Below are positions 12,501 to 25,578 of a stretch of DNA of 64,000 nt, in pieces. Position 1 is the first letter of the stretch. Each line of letters begins with the position of its first letter. The DNA comes from Trichoplax adhaerens (Eukaryota > Animalia > Placozoa), in assembly GCF_000150275.1 (NCBI RefSeq), contig NW_002060946.1, positions 6,176,597-6,240,596 of the forward strand, in the 5' to 3' direction. A program made the position numbers and the translations under genes. Below the pieces are notes generated by a model that saw nothing but the letters and a program-made list of their open reading frames with translations, searched no databases and was not told the origin of the DNA.

Positions 12501-15500
12501 TCAAGAAATGTATATATATATATATTTAACGACTTTTAATACAATCCAACATCTTTGCTATATACACATATCTGGTATATACTGTATAAATACTACCATA
12601 TATATACATACGTATTTCCTTAGCGAATAGGTGCAGTAAGTAGTAGTTAGTATCCTATAAACTGAATATTAATTAGTTATTATACCAGTAATTACACTTT
12701 GAATCCTAGTGTCGTTATTAGCGACATAATTTAGCTTCTTGAGTGAAATTTAATAGTCTGTAACTATTGTAAGCATAAGTTAATCGAAATTATCTTTTTT
12801 GCAGATACCAGCGAAACCAGACTCATACAGACCTACACATCAGGATTACGAGGACGATTGGTCAAGTAAGATATTTGATCATTTTAACGATCTCTTTTTT
12901 CGTTAATGTACTGTTTAATCACGTTTGTATTGTAAAATTGCAAATAGATAATGACCAGGGTGGTGGATTTTGGCCGCAGAAATCGAATGATCGTAAGGAA
13001 GGTACTGCCGTTTTCATCTATAGCAAGGCTATAACTTCTTTCAGTTATACCTGTATTCCAGTACTACAATTATATTCATGTTTGCTATAATACAACGCGG
13101 CTCGACATTTCTATAAATTTTTGGTGTTGATGTAATAACGCTTGAATTGTATTTCAGATGACTCCTCTGGAGGAAGATCATACAATACATTACCAAATCA
13201 AAGGAATCAAAATTCTTTTCAACCTATCCAACCTGTTGGACCCCAAAAGTCCTTATCACGTACTGGCAGTGTTAAAAGCTTAGGCAATGATTATAACCAA
13301 AATCAGTATAATGAACAGTATGATCCAAAATATCAACCACGCTATGGTGATCACGAAGATTACAGGCCAGGAGGTGGATGGCAGGAAAATACTCGAATAG
13401 GAAATAGCCATTCGAAATCAACACCTTCACTCGCGCAACCGGAGGATGATAATGAACCATACGGAAGAAATAAATATTATGACGATCGTAACGATAATCA
13501 TGATTCGCATTATCGAGACCAACAGAGTCGTCCATTCCACCGTGATGATAGCGATTCACGGAAGCCGGATAGTCGTAAATATGACGATGATACAGATTAT
13601 CCCGCTAAAATGCCAGAAAAAGCAAATTTTAATGTTATTGGTTAGTTATTAAATATTTTAGCGAGATCAACATTATGCCTTACAATTGAAATACCGGTAC
13701 TTAACAATTTGTCTTTATACATATCATTTGTTTATAGATGAAAAAGGATTAATGTTTGATCCGCCATCTAATTATAATATCCACGTAAGTTATATGGACA
13801 TATTTAAGTGTTCAAAAAAATGCATTTGTCGTGTAGATATGAATTATAAGAAATTTTATCTTTCATTTATAGGATAAAACCATCCCAAAGTGTAAAGCAA
13901 TATACAGTTTTAAACCTGCTTCAAAAAGGTTAATTTACAGTAGTTATAAATATTAATATAGAATTATTCACAATTGTTTATATTTACCTCTACATTTTGC
14001 TAATATACTGTACGTCATGCATTCATTAGGGAACTTGCCTTGAAAAAAGGAGATCTCATTATTCTTACTAAAAATGTGGACAAAAACTGGTATGAAGGTG
14101 AATTACACAGAAAACGAGGCATTTTCCCAGCTAATTATGTCGAGGTGTGTAAAAATTACTAACCCGTACTTATGAAGGACTTAAGCTAGACTAAAATAAA
14201 CACATTATTGACATAGAGTACTATGATTAGATGATCATATCGATTAATGTATAAAAACATTATTTTTTGTACCGTAGGTGGTGACATCTATAAAAGAAGC
14301 ATTAGCAGCGCAGTGTGAGTATTCGCAAGATGGTTTAGGGCAAGCAAGGCGTGATTGCAACGGTATAACGAGCAAAGAATTATCATTTTCGAAAGGACAA
14401 ATTATAACACTTTTGAAGCACGTAGATGCGAATTGGTTTGAAGGACGTCTCAATTCAAGATCTGGATTAGTGCCTAAGAAATTTTTAAATGTTCTTAAAG
14501 ATGTAAAGGGTGCAGGAACGATGAAGCAAGCTCGTAATAATAAGATTCAAGATTTTTCAGAAGCTAGTTCTCGGCCAAATAAGCATGTTATAGGATCTGA
14601 TTCTAATCAATATAACCCAAAAGCTTACGGTCAATCTCGTGAATTTGATGATAACAACCAACAAGTAGATGATCGTTACGGCTATTACGATAGTAAACCG
14701 CAGTATCAAAGTGGTGATTACAATTATCAATCTCAAGAAAATGATCCCTACAGTCAAGATGGAAAATCAGGCCGAAATAGTTATTACAATAAGCAAGATT
14801 TTGATACAAGATCTGCAGGTGGACGCGATTTTGATACAAGATCTGCAGGTGGACGCGATTTTGACACAAGATCTGCAGGTGGACGCGATACCAGTACTCG
14901 TTATGAAGCAGGCGGCGATCCGTACGAAAGTAAGCCGCAACAGCGACAGGGTGGTGGAATAGACAATCGAAATAGTAATAATTACGGTGACTATAATCGC
15001 AGAAGCCAACGATATCAGTCGGAAACCGATTACAGTGACAATCATAGTCAATCTGGTATACGAGCAAAAAATAACGAATTCGATCACAATAATAATACTA
15101 ATTATTACAATGATGGAGCTGCGGATAACTCCAATTATTCTCAAGCTAATACCGAAACATCAGAGAGGTAATTACTGTAGTATTTCCAGAAGTATTTTTA
15201 ACTTGTTATAGTATTCTTATCTCGATAAATTGCTCATTCATAGGTATCGAGCATTTTATCCTTATGCACCAGAAAAGGAAGATGAACTAGAATTAATGGT
15301 AGGTGATATTATTATTGTGAAAGAAAAGTGCGACGATGGTTGGTTTGTTGGTTCATCAACAAGAACAGGTCTTTATGGGACATTTCCAGGAAATTTCGTA
15401 GAACCAGTCTGTAAGTACTGTTAATTAAGCAAATTTCATACTGTAGTCATCATTTCTATGCGTTGGTGTATAATAGCTTCATACTTAATTGTTAATTTTA

Positions 15501-15506
15501 GATTAG
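6583..15506 (+). CDS. SORBS: PDZ + three SH3 domain adaptor, SORBS/CAP/vinexin family (about 14 coding exons)
   Basis: Exon 1 6583-6687 ([35 protein letters not shown]|gtgagc) and exon 2 10096-10247 ([51 protein letters not shown]) form a PDZ. Low-complexity exons follow (10377-11093, ~11363-11473, 11591-12249, ~12806, ~12948, 13158-13640, ~13739). SH3-1 is [13 protein letters not shown]|[25 protein letters not shown]3-2 lies in 14278-15167, and SH3-3 is [46 protein letters not shown], matching the SORBS third SH3. All junctions are phase-compatible GT-AG; stop TAG at 15504-15506 in a terminal exon. Confidence 0.85.
8398..8457. repeat. 13-bp minisatellite (T/C)ACTGTACTGTAG x4.6 in intron 1 of the SORBS-like gene
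   Basis: Units at 8398, 8411, 8424 and 8437, plus a partial unit at 8450. Confidence 0.9.
14797..14889 (+). repeat. Coding 30-bp tandem repeat x3 ([10 protein letters not shown])
   Basis: gattttgatacaagatctgcaggtggacgc at 14797, 14827 and 14857 (one synonymous change), in frame between SH3-2 and SH3-3. Confidence 0.95.
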
Positions 15507-16651
15507 AAATCCTGGTTGGCCTTATTTTCTAAAATGTGAACAGAAAATTTTTGGATAAACTTAAAAAAATTTGTACTTATTCTATGACGATGACATTTAC
15601 TATATTCAGTAGTCATTTATTGGCATAACTAATTGATAACAAGGGTTTCTTGATATCAAATTACTGCAAATATTGCAAGTATTTGATTACCTTTGGTGAT
15701 AGTAATTATAACAGCGGCTTTAGCTTTGTTAACTATTTGCAATCTGCTATCAAAGAGGAGAATTATTTCTCAAGTTGTACAGGATATGACTGTAATCAAC
15801 TCTGAATCTCGACGTAGAAAGAGAAAGCTTGACTAAGTAAATATTCACTAATAGCACAATGTATGGTAGGTTTGATTTCAGGATTGGTCATTATTATATT
15901 ACTGTTATTATGATTAGTACGGTGACAGACAAAAGTCCCGCCATAATCCTTGGTTCTGTTTACCTGCTGATTAATTATAGCAATTACTTATAATTCCCTT
16001 TTCTTATTAATTTGAAAATCACTTTCGCACGTTAATATCATGTAAAGGAGTACACGTTATATGTTGAAACGTATTCCCTTAATTTTATACGGTGCGTGCC
16101 TTATTTGCATGTTGCTCATTTTTAAATCGTATTCATGGGTTACAAACTTTTAATTATGTACATTATAATTATTAACAACATTTTTATGTCTGGTTTATTG
16201 GTTACTGTATGCTCGAGATTAAAATTATTTCTAACATATACTGTACCATTAATGATACAGATATCTTGTAGTGCTTAATTAGTTAACGTTCGTAATTACT
16301 TAATTTTTAGTTCGATATTTAGTACTGTTTTAATTAGGTTTGCGGTACTTTACAAAATTATTTCATTATCTTGTAGCCATTGATTCTCTTATTATTAATT
16401 ATTAATATAATAAAATTCTTAGATGTGAAATATGTCTTATCTACGTATACGATTGGCTTTTATTTTATGAACGTCTTATTCATTACTGTTTAATTATCAT
16501 TGAGTACTACCGAGTTATTTTTTAACGAGGGCCAATATCTTTAGAGTTGGGAGTAAAATTCGAGTTGTTCTAGTGAAAGACTACATTTACAGTTAATAAA
16601 ATGAATACTGTAGCATGTAAAATAAAAATTTTAAGCTAACAGTACAGCTAA

Positions 16652-19552
16652 TTAGATATTTGCACTAACAGATTGCACAGAATCTGAAATGATCTTTGAT
16701 AAAACTGAAGCAGAGTTTAAGCATCCATCAAATTTAGACATTGCAAATGAGTCACCGCCAGCAATTAGTAAAGGAAATTCATTAAGAATGAAAGCTCCAT
16801 TGCAGTCATACGCTTGTATTACTTGTGAATATTCCCAGTTTACTAGTGTCGAATCATCTGCAGGCGGCAAACCAGGCATTAGGCCATTGAGATTTGTCAG
16901 TATTTTGTCTTTTACTGCAGTAGGATCGGTGCTTTGGTTCATTTTACTAAAGCTGACACTGGTATGAACTACAATGGAGGTACCAGACACTACAATAAAA
17001 GAGAATGCAGCTGATTGTTGATAACTTGAAATTTTACAGCTCTTAATACAAGCTGTAGCCGAAGTACAGCAGAGCGATAAAATGGCTTCATTCGCATATT
17101 GTCATCGACTTTTCATCGATTGCCGTTATATACTCGTATTACATATTCGATGTGCTATATACTACATATAGAAAGCTTATCTATACATTTTTTTTCACTA
17201 ATTGTACATGGATTAATTATACATATTTATCGCACCCTATTGGCTCTAAAACTGTTACAGTGCACTACAAATAAAAGCTATGCATTTTGCAATTTTCTAC
17301 ATAAGGTACACGAAAAATAATTGTACAATTCATTAGCACATCAAGTTTAGGAAAAATTTTAAATTCTATCGTAAAATGCTGTAGTTTTTAATATGAAAAA
17401 TTAGCTTCAGCAAAAACTGTAGTATGTCTATAATAATATGGTTCAGTATTGAATATTCGATAGCCGTGGTATTCTGTCATGTCTTCATAGATTCACAACT
17501 GGGTATTGACAGAATTATGTGCGAATATCGATTTGAGATAGCCCATGTAACCCAAGATATTAACAGTGATACATTCCAAGAACTGCTTTATATTATACAT
17601 TATCCAATATCGTATCACTGGCATATCTTATGCAACCAAATCTACTTATACGTATATGCTCTGTGCTAGTTCATACTCATACAACGTAAATGAATCAGAT
17701 AATCTTATTTAACATTTAAGGGTACCTACTCGTAATAAGAGTATATTAAACTGCTTGAGTCGTTAAAATGATGTAATTACCTGTAGATTCTCTTTTCTTC
17801 GTGTCCAGGCATATAAATCTTATACATGGGTTGGTGTTAATATACTTTGCGCACCAGTTAAATTGATCGTTTAAGTTTTGGTTTTTATAAAACGCTGCTA
17901 GAGCATATCTGCTTGAATATTCTATTTTATTTTGGAGTAATGTTTCAGCCTGCAATATTTTCCAAGAAAAGTGAGTAATGCTATTAAGATGGAAAGCAAA
18001 ATTGCCAATTGCCATGATTCATACGAGTAAATTACGTTACTATGCGATTATGAAATGGCACTTCGTGTATAGCTTGCAAAATTTTGATAAATTGATAGAC
18101 TGTATTCTAAGTCACCTTTTCATATATTTTATATACTTCGGGAAGTGGTATCGTAAATACAACAATTTCAAAGTTGTCACTAATTCCTTCATTATAGTGC
18201 ACTTCAATGGTATGAGAGGCTGGTCGTACTCGTTTAACATGGCGATTACAAAAGGTTTTTGTTCCTGTGTAATCAGAAATAATGTTGTGAATATCGATTA
18301 TAATTACCGAATACAAGTCGTAATCTACGGTTGAAATTAGACCTGAATTTGTAAGAAAATGCTCTACAATGCTCGACATTCCTTTTGCAGCAACATAATT
18401 GATAGCATTGTGTTGTTTACGGTCACCTACGATGGTCTTCGTCAATGGAATTAAAATCCCTGCGTCGATTAAAGCAGAATAGATTCTGGCAGATTTGAAA
18501 GGTTAGAAAAAATTTTTTAAATTTTATATTGAGTGATATTGATATTTTGCCTAAATCATCATAAAGTAGATCAGGAGCTAAGTTCAAAATTGTGATAAAG
18601 CTACCAGTAAATGTTATACACGTAAACTGATGATAATTATTTTTAATCGTATTTGAATATGATTACACGAGCGGTTTTAATTGTACAGTATCTACATGTA
18701 CTATCTACCGTTATAACAGAGCTTGTAAATGATAAGGTGATTTCTTCATGCTTTGCTTTAAATCAAATCATATTACTGCGATATTAAGCGTGTCACGTTG
18801 TTAGTATGTCTTGAAACTTGTACGAATTTTGTTAGTTAGAATAATTTTTGATATAATTAGTGGATTGAATAAATTTACCACTGCTCTGACACTACAATAG
18901 TGTGTATAGTAACAATTCTTCGAAAGATTTACCAGCTACACAGCGTTCATTTTTCATAAGCAAATATCAGTACGAGCATATTTAAGAGGCATTATAGCGC
19001 TAAATTACTGTAGAGAAATATGCAATGGCCGCTCGCTTATCGAATTGGCCATGTGTGAGTACGAGTAGTTCTATTGTTGGCATATTGTCACTACGATGAC
19101 AATGGTCGTTGAAAATTTTATACAGTATTTTAGGACTGCAGCACTACTTTTGAACGAGGTGAAGTAAATTGTTATTTATTCTATTCCACCTATTCATGTT
19201 GTCTTTTTATATAGTCTAAAGCAAGGTATCGTGAAATAAGAGCAGTCGAGTACTATAGCATTAGCTAGAGGTCTATATTCAATCAACGTTTGTCTTACAA
19301 CTTTTGAGACGAGTTATGCTCGGTAGGAACGGTTGTAATATATTGAGCTCCAACATCCGCAGTGCACTGAGTGCTTTCACTACGAAAGGTCATCATTCTG
19401 CCTCCAACCGTTGCATCCTTTTCCCATACTTCAATAGGCATTGATGGGCAAATTTTATGTAGGAAGTATGAAATTAAAGATGCTGTAATGCCACCACCGA
19501 TTAAAAGGCATCTTGGATGACCAGCCGATTTGACTTGAGCTGCTGATGCCAT
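16652..19552 (-). CDS. RNLS: Renalase (FAD-dependent NAD(P)H isomer oxidase family)
   Basis: N-terminal exon CLLIGGGITAS..VWEKDATVGGRMMT..QCTADVGAQYIT; next exon IYSALIDAGILIPL..NYVAAKGMSSIVEHFL; later IEYSSRYALAAFY and IRFICLDTKKR; last exon SIVVHTSVSF..WEYSQV..GGDSFAMSKFDGCLNSA. These are collinear with vertebrate renalase motifs. Confidence 0.9.
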
Positions 19553-21303
19553 TACTTGCTTTGGTTTATACTGCGAGATTTTTATGGATGATTATTTATT
19601 ATTCTATGAACGATAATTATAATGATATATTCGTATAGTATGAATTCAACGTAATGTTGTAAACTACACTACCAAGTTGTGTTTGCAATTCTAGAGTAGT
19701 TTGAAAACATTAACTGTGCTGGCTGGCTGGCTTTGCATATGTTGATAGGTAGGCTGCAACAGCTAGCTGATCAAGGTTGCTTGCTTGCTAGCACCTGTAC
19801 CTGCGTCCTTACGTCCATACTGCAGTACACCAGAGTGCAGAGTGTATTATGACATATACGTTTGGCCTCCAGTGCTATTTTTCAGTTTACTACATTAATG
19901 ATGATAGATCAGAGGCAGAGAATGTTGATTCTTGAAATATGAGGAAAAATGATGACTTTCGATTTACAATTGCAGCTGTTTATTAATTATTTCAGCTGTT
20001 TCTTGTCGTGAGATGAAGTTTTCAATCTGAATACAAGACAACATTCTGCAATAACACATTACAGGCACGATAGAATCTTTCGATGACTGCTAGGGTAGTA
20101 AATTGCTGAGAAGAATCGCCTCAATTGCCTGCTGCTGTACACTGCACAGGATATCAGTAATTATGTTTACCAAACTGCCAAATACGGCGAAATAATTCAT
20201 TAGATCAAAGCAGTTAGTATTTATTTCTTCTTAACGAGGACAGGAAACGCATCCTAGTCTATCCGTACTTGTATTTTATATTTACAGTATCTGAACGTCG
20301 GATTCGGTCCATTTCAGGGCGATTACAAATCTAGTCTATGAAATTGACATGATCCGGGCGTTTCTTGATAGTTAACCGCTTAGATGAATCACATCGGGTT
20401 CTTGCCATCGTTAGAATAGATTTCATCGTTAAAGATGAGACTTTAAGATTGCCATGTCTCATAGTGGAATTCTTTACTGTATACCATACTAGTGCATTAT
20501 GCAGTGTACGATAAATCTAGTCAGAGATTCTTAAAAGATTTCCTATCGATGTCGATAGGCAGACACAACAAAATTGAATCGATGTGATGACAAACAAATA
20601 AAACATGGCAATCATTTATATCCACTGAATTATAACTGAACTTATCCTTGATCTTGATGGCAGATTCTATGAATGTTTATTATAACTTATTTCCACACTA
20701 GTTACAATTTTTACTGCTTCGATGGATAGTATGTATAGTGCGAGCGCCATGTTTGCGATACTTCCATCATCATACCGTTTTGTAATCATTTGGTACTACA
20801 GTATACTTACAAGATATTGTGCAGTACTATAATAGTAGACTGCTCCATACAGGAGTGATATGACAGTATGTTGTAGTGAATCATGATGATGATAATTCAT
20901 GCAAAATTTTTTAGCACAGCACAGTGGCACGGCGATAGTGCAACAGCCATCCATAAGGTAATGGCAGACTATAAATCGACTCGTTAACTGATCGTAGATT
21001 GTTTCTCCTTACTGCTTATTCCGTTATTATTATTATTATCCACATTTGAATTCTGCAGCATTGGTTATTGTACTGGTTTTGATGCCTTTCAATACTGTAA
21101 GATACCATTTGGAATGAACTTGTGCAAAGACTAGCATGAGGAATGAGCAATCAAGTGAAAAACTGCTGTAGTGATGAACCGATGTCGAATTGAGTGTAGT
21201 CAAACAAATCGATTAAAAAAGACATTGTCGTTGTAAGTTAGCTGTGTAATTTTGAACTGATCAAAAGTTGTCTCGTTTCACTTTGAACTGAGTGCTTTAC
21301 AGA

Positions 21304-22573
21304 ATGACTTTAACTGTCTTTTCGCTACCCTGGGAAGATGTTATCTTCACCTCGATATTGCCTTTCTTGACCCTTATGGAGGTGTGCAACCTGCGCTTGG
21401 TCTGTAAATCATTTAATCAGCTATGCCTAGAATATTTCACTTGTTGTACTGTCTATGATTTAAGTCCATTTGCTGCATCATTACGTCATCATCATCTGCA
21501 ATGGCTTCTTGGCTATAATCGTTTCATTCAATATCTCAATGTTTCCAATTGTAAGGATTTGTTAAATGATGATAATTTTATTCCTATTCTACGCCAAAAT
21601 CAACATTTGAGACAGTTATGGTTATCTGGGTGCTCCAAGCTAACCAACGCCAGTATTGAATGCATTGCAACCAATTGCCCATACTTAACTGAATTACATT
21701 TAAATGAATGTCGTTGGCTTTCCAAAGAGATTATCTTATTATTAAGTGCACATTGCCATCAATTAGAGGTGTTCTCATGCCGTGGATGCTGGGATATCGA
21801 AGACGAGTGTATTATATCCTTATCCATCAATTGTCCTAATTTAAAAGAAATTGACTTAGCATGTTGTTATGCTATTACCAATAAATCCATTTTTAATTTA
21901 GCAGCAAGATGTCATCTCTTAAGGCATGTCTCACTCGTGAGTTGTTGGCGTGTTACTGATACGGCTATCAAGAATCTAGGTGAGAAAAAATATCAAACTA
22001 GACGGTGTAGAATTCCTTGTCCATCATAATAATAATTCATTATACTGGTCAAATACCCGTTCAAACTTTTGAACGGCAACGTATACCACGTAACACATTA
22101 CACTAAAACAAAATTCAAAGCTAGCTTAGCAGACTATGTATATTAATCGTAAGTTTGTTATAGTACAGATATACTTACTAATCAGCAATCTGCTATTCTG
22201 CTTTAAATTCATTATTGTATTGAAACGACATATAGAATAAATTCTATTTGCATGACGTTTTCATGCCTTTAAACTTCTTTACTACTATTACTGTACATGT
22301 ACGCGTGTTTGCTAAACATTGCAATATCGTATAGACAGAATTACGTCTATAAATCGACAGCATGTCATCGACTTGATTTCATGTTTTATTTTATCTTTCT
22401 GAATAGGTGAGAACTGCCCAAACCTTGCTGTTCTTCACGTAGCTGATTGCCGTAATATCGGTGAAAAGAGTCTAGTTCCATTACATGAACGTGGCGTTCA
22501 GCTAGACGTACCAGCTACCCTCCGATTTTACATCAACGATCGCAGCTTTAATCATGGTTCAGCGTTACTATGA
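21304..22573 (+). CDS. FBXL15: F-box/leucine-rich repeat protein 15
   Basis: F-box start LPWEDVIFTSILPFL typical of FBXL15, then cysteine-containing LRRs (LSGCSKLTN, LNECRWLS, CRGCWDIED, LACCYAITN, LVSCWRVTD). Intron 21980-22406; exon 2 ENCPNLAVLHVADCRNIGEKSLVPLHERGVQLDV..; stop 22571-22573. Confidence 0.88.
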
Positions 22574-23259
22574 TGTTCATCGTCTTAACAGCAAGAGCAT
22601 ACATCGTTCTTACAAGGATCGCATCCTATAGATATTGACTATTTGCAGCACCCGAATATTAATATTCTAGTGTGATATAGTGTGATACATCTTACTTTTG
22701 TACAGTTTATTTTATTTCCAGTAAATGTTAATTAAGGTAATTGTATTAGATTAGTGCTATGAAAGAAAATACGACGTATATATCACTTGAATACAAATTA
22801 ACATTTAGAGTTGAGTATAGTGATATTTATTCATTTGGCCTATGAATCTTAATGATCGTTGTAGAAAGAAGTCTACATTATCATGTCATTAATGTCGAAC
22901 TTTTATCATTATGGCATCCACTAATATTTCCGTATAATAAAATTATAACTTTATTCTTCAAAATTTGTCAATTAATAGTTGTAAATGATTCCCTAGTAAT
23001 ATAAAATTAGAAAGATAGAATGGAATCGACGGTCATCAGGTGCACTTCTACTTTGACTCACTCATGTTAAGCGTACATAACATTTCAACATTGTGAGCAA
23101 TTATTCCATTTTATTGACAACATTCAAATAGAGCACTTTAAAATCGATGTTTCTTTCACGTAATCGGACAGAGCCAATGAGATAGGCTATTAAAATTGAA
23201 ATTTTGGTAGGATAGCCTGATAGTATACTGTATTCATTAGCATTTTTATAAAATAATTA

Positions 23260-25578
23260 TCACGTCGATGCACTGGCTTGTGATACTAGGCTCTGGCTAG
23301 GCTTCTTTGCTTGGATTTCTTCACTATAGTATCGCTGAGTACAGAAATAAATGGAAATAATTTAGTATATATAATAAGAAATATCAACAATTTCTGAATT
23401 ATAATAGTATAAAATCGATTACCGTGCTTGCTTTATTAGAGATAAAGATGGAAATCATAACTATAAAAATCTGCTAGGTGTATATCATTAAAATTAATAA
23501 TTGCTTTTGTACTATTATACCAGCTTGTATTGGATCAAATCTACCCACTCTTTGGCATCATCGTCATCTGTTGTGTAAAAATAAAATGTTCTGCTTGGGA
23601 ACTTGATCCTATTGTAATGTTACATTCAAATATAAATTGTAAAATTGAGTAATTAGTGTTATATATCAAATTATGCTAAATAACCTAAAGGAATTTGACT
23701 TTGAATACGTATCATCCCACTCGGCCTCGATGGCATCTCGTAAGTCATAAAATTCAAGGGCATGCTCATCCTATAAAGAAAAGCCGGAACATACCAAGAA
23801 TTTCGTTAAATAAAAATCTGTAAAATACTTGATTCGAATTAACACGTAGTATTAAATCGGATTACATAAACCATACGTTATAATTTCAGTAATAAATTAT
23901 AAATATCGAGTACCGAAGAATGTCTGAAGAATGATATATCACATTTCCAAGTAACTACCCATCGTTTTTTCCAAGTTTTCTGGAATACCAAGTTAGAGAT
24001 CAATAGGTGAAAGCTTGTATGGATGTTTAAACGGTGCTTATTACTATTCACTAAGTACAGTTAGCAATTGCAGCAAATAAAAATGTATACTAAATTGTAA
24101 ACGATTTTCTGTAAAGGTGACTTTATTCAAATTTGGGTTAGATGTAGGCAGACCTTCCACCCGCTTCCTAATTTCATGAGGCAGCTTTCTTTATTACCAA
24201 TCTTAGGTTAGAATTGCACAATTTTAAAATTCGAACCTAACATGCTAAAGCCTCGTATGAACTTACAAAAAAGCTTTGGAGGTAATACGGACTTTTACTG
24301 GGAATCGTCCCAGCTTCAGTTTGTAACGTAATTCGTTCATAAATTGGAGGTTCTAATATATTATTGGGATATGGATACTTGAGTGACGTAGAGCTTCCTG
24401 GTAATAAATTTATCGTGAATGATAAATAAGTCAGTTTTAAAACGGCCTATTTACTCTTGTCTCAATTAGGCTCTAATAATCTATCTCTAGTCTTAGTTAT
24501 TGAGTTAACGACATGTTTTATAACAATTTTATAGGGAATATAAACCCTTACAATCGAAAATTTATTAGTTTATTTACGGAATTACACAATTAAAAAGCGG
24601 CAAGATTAGCCTATGTGTTTGACTATGTAAGCAACACTGTAAATTTTATACCATAATGTGATTTAAAACACGATCGGTAACTATATTAACTACCGTTTAC
24701 TTTTAAGCATTGAAATAAGATTAAATGCAGCCCTGTTAATCCGTCTGTTGTCTAATATTTTTTATTGCTTTACGATAAGATTCAAGGTATGAATGTCCTG
24801 TCATAATCGGATTACAGGACGTAAAAATGTATGCAATACCTTAGCCTTTGGTAGATTGTAACCTTACTAGACTCCAGAAATTGTTTACGAGCATATAATA
24901 ATAAATTTTGACCTTAATATAATTAATGCCAAGAAGCTGAAATTTACCTGCAGATCCAGCAATGATAGGATAGTGATCAAAATGTGATAGCAATCTTGAG
25001 ATGGTTGTAAATTTTAACTTTCCAAAAATATAAAAGATACTTTCTTTATAAAGAGGTATGTGCATGACGCTATTATTCGTTCTATGATGAAAGTAAGCAG
25101 TAAAATTATAATTATAGGCCGTTAATAACGTTTCAGTAATTCTAAAATCGACGTAGCAATCATAAGCATAATTCATGATTAAACATAAGAGTTTCTAAAG
25201 AAAAATTTATATACTGTATATTATTTAAGAAAGGCAAGAAAATTATTAATATCACGAAGTAGACAGTTGAGTAATTTACGGTCGCATGTAACTTATCAAG
25301 AAAAATAATCTGGATTTGATTAAATAGTCTTTAGGTAGAAATAAGGGTATTATAACCTTTACCAAGCTTGTTTTATAATATACTCGTACACACTACATGA
25401 ATTTTAAGCGAAAAACCAAATAGGACACAGAGATCTTGTAGTACAAAATACTGACCGAACTGATACCGTAAAATTTCCAGGGTTAGATTGGCTGTCTCTT
25501 AATAAGTAAGTTCCTTGGACGCAGTTATAGTATAATAGACATATTGCTACATTTTTGGATAATCCTGGATGATACCAG
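23260..25578 (-). CDS. DAPP1: Dual adapter for phosphotyrosine and 3-phosphoinositides (SH2 + PH); 5'-most exon(s) unresolved, possibly near 25919 or 26066
   Basis: SH2 WYHPGLSKNVAICLL..GTYLLRDSQSNPGKFTVSV|RTNNSVMHI..FGKLKFTTISRLLSHFDHYPIIAGSAG; linker LKYPYPNNILEPPIYE; PH IGNKESCLMKLGSGWK|KTWKKRWV..|..FPSRTFYFYTTDDDDAKEWVDLIQYKL; last exon RYYSEE..SAST*. Domain order and motifs match DAPP1/Bam32. Confidence 0.85.

Noticed and set aside
14797-14889. [10 protein letters not shown] repeats resemble an amidated neuropeptide precursor (Gly-Arg sites) or a CRISPR-like array
   Set aside because: They lie in frame between SH3 domains of a cytosolic protein with no signal peptide, and there are no unique spacers.
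11862-15144. Antisense and alternate-frame ORFs over SORBS-like exons
   Set aside because: Shadow frames of low-complexity coding exons.
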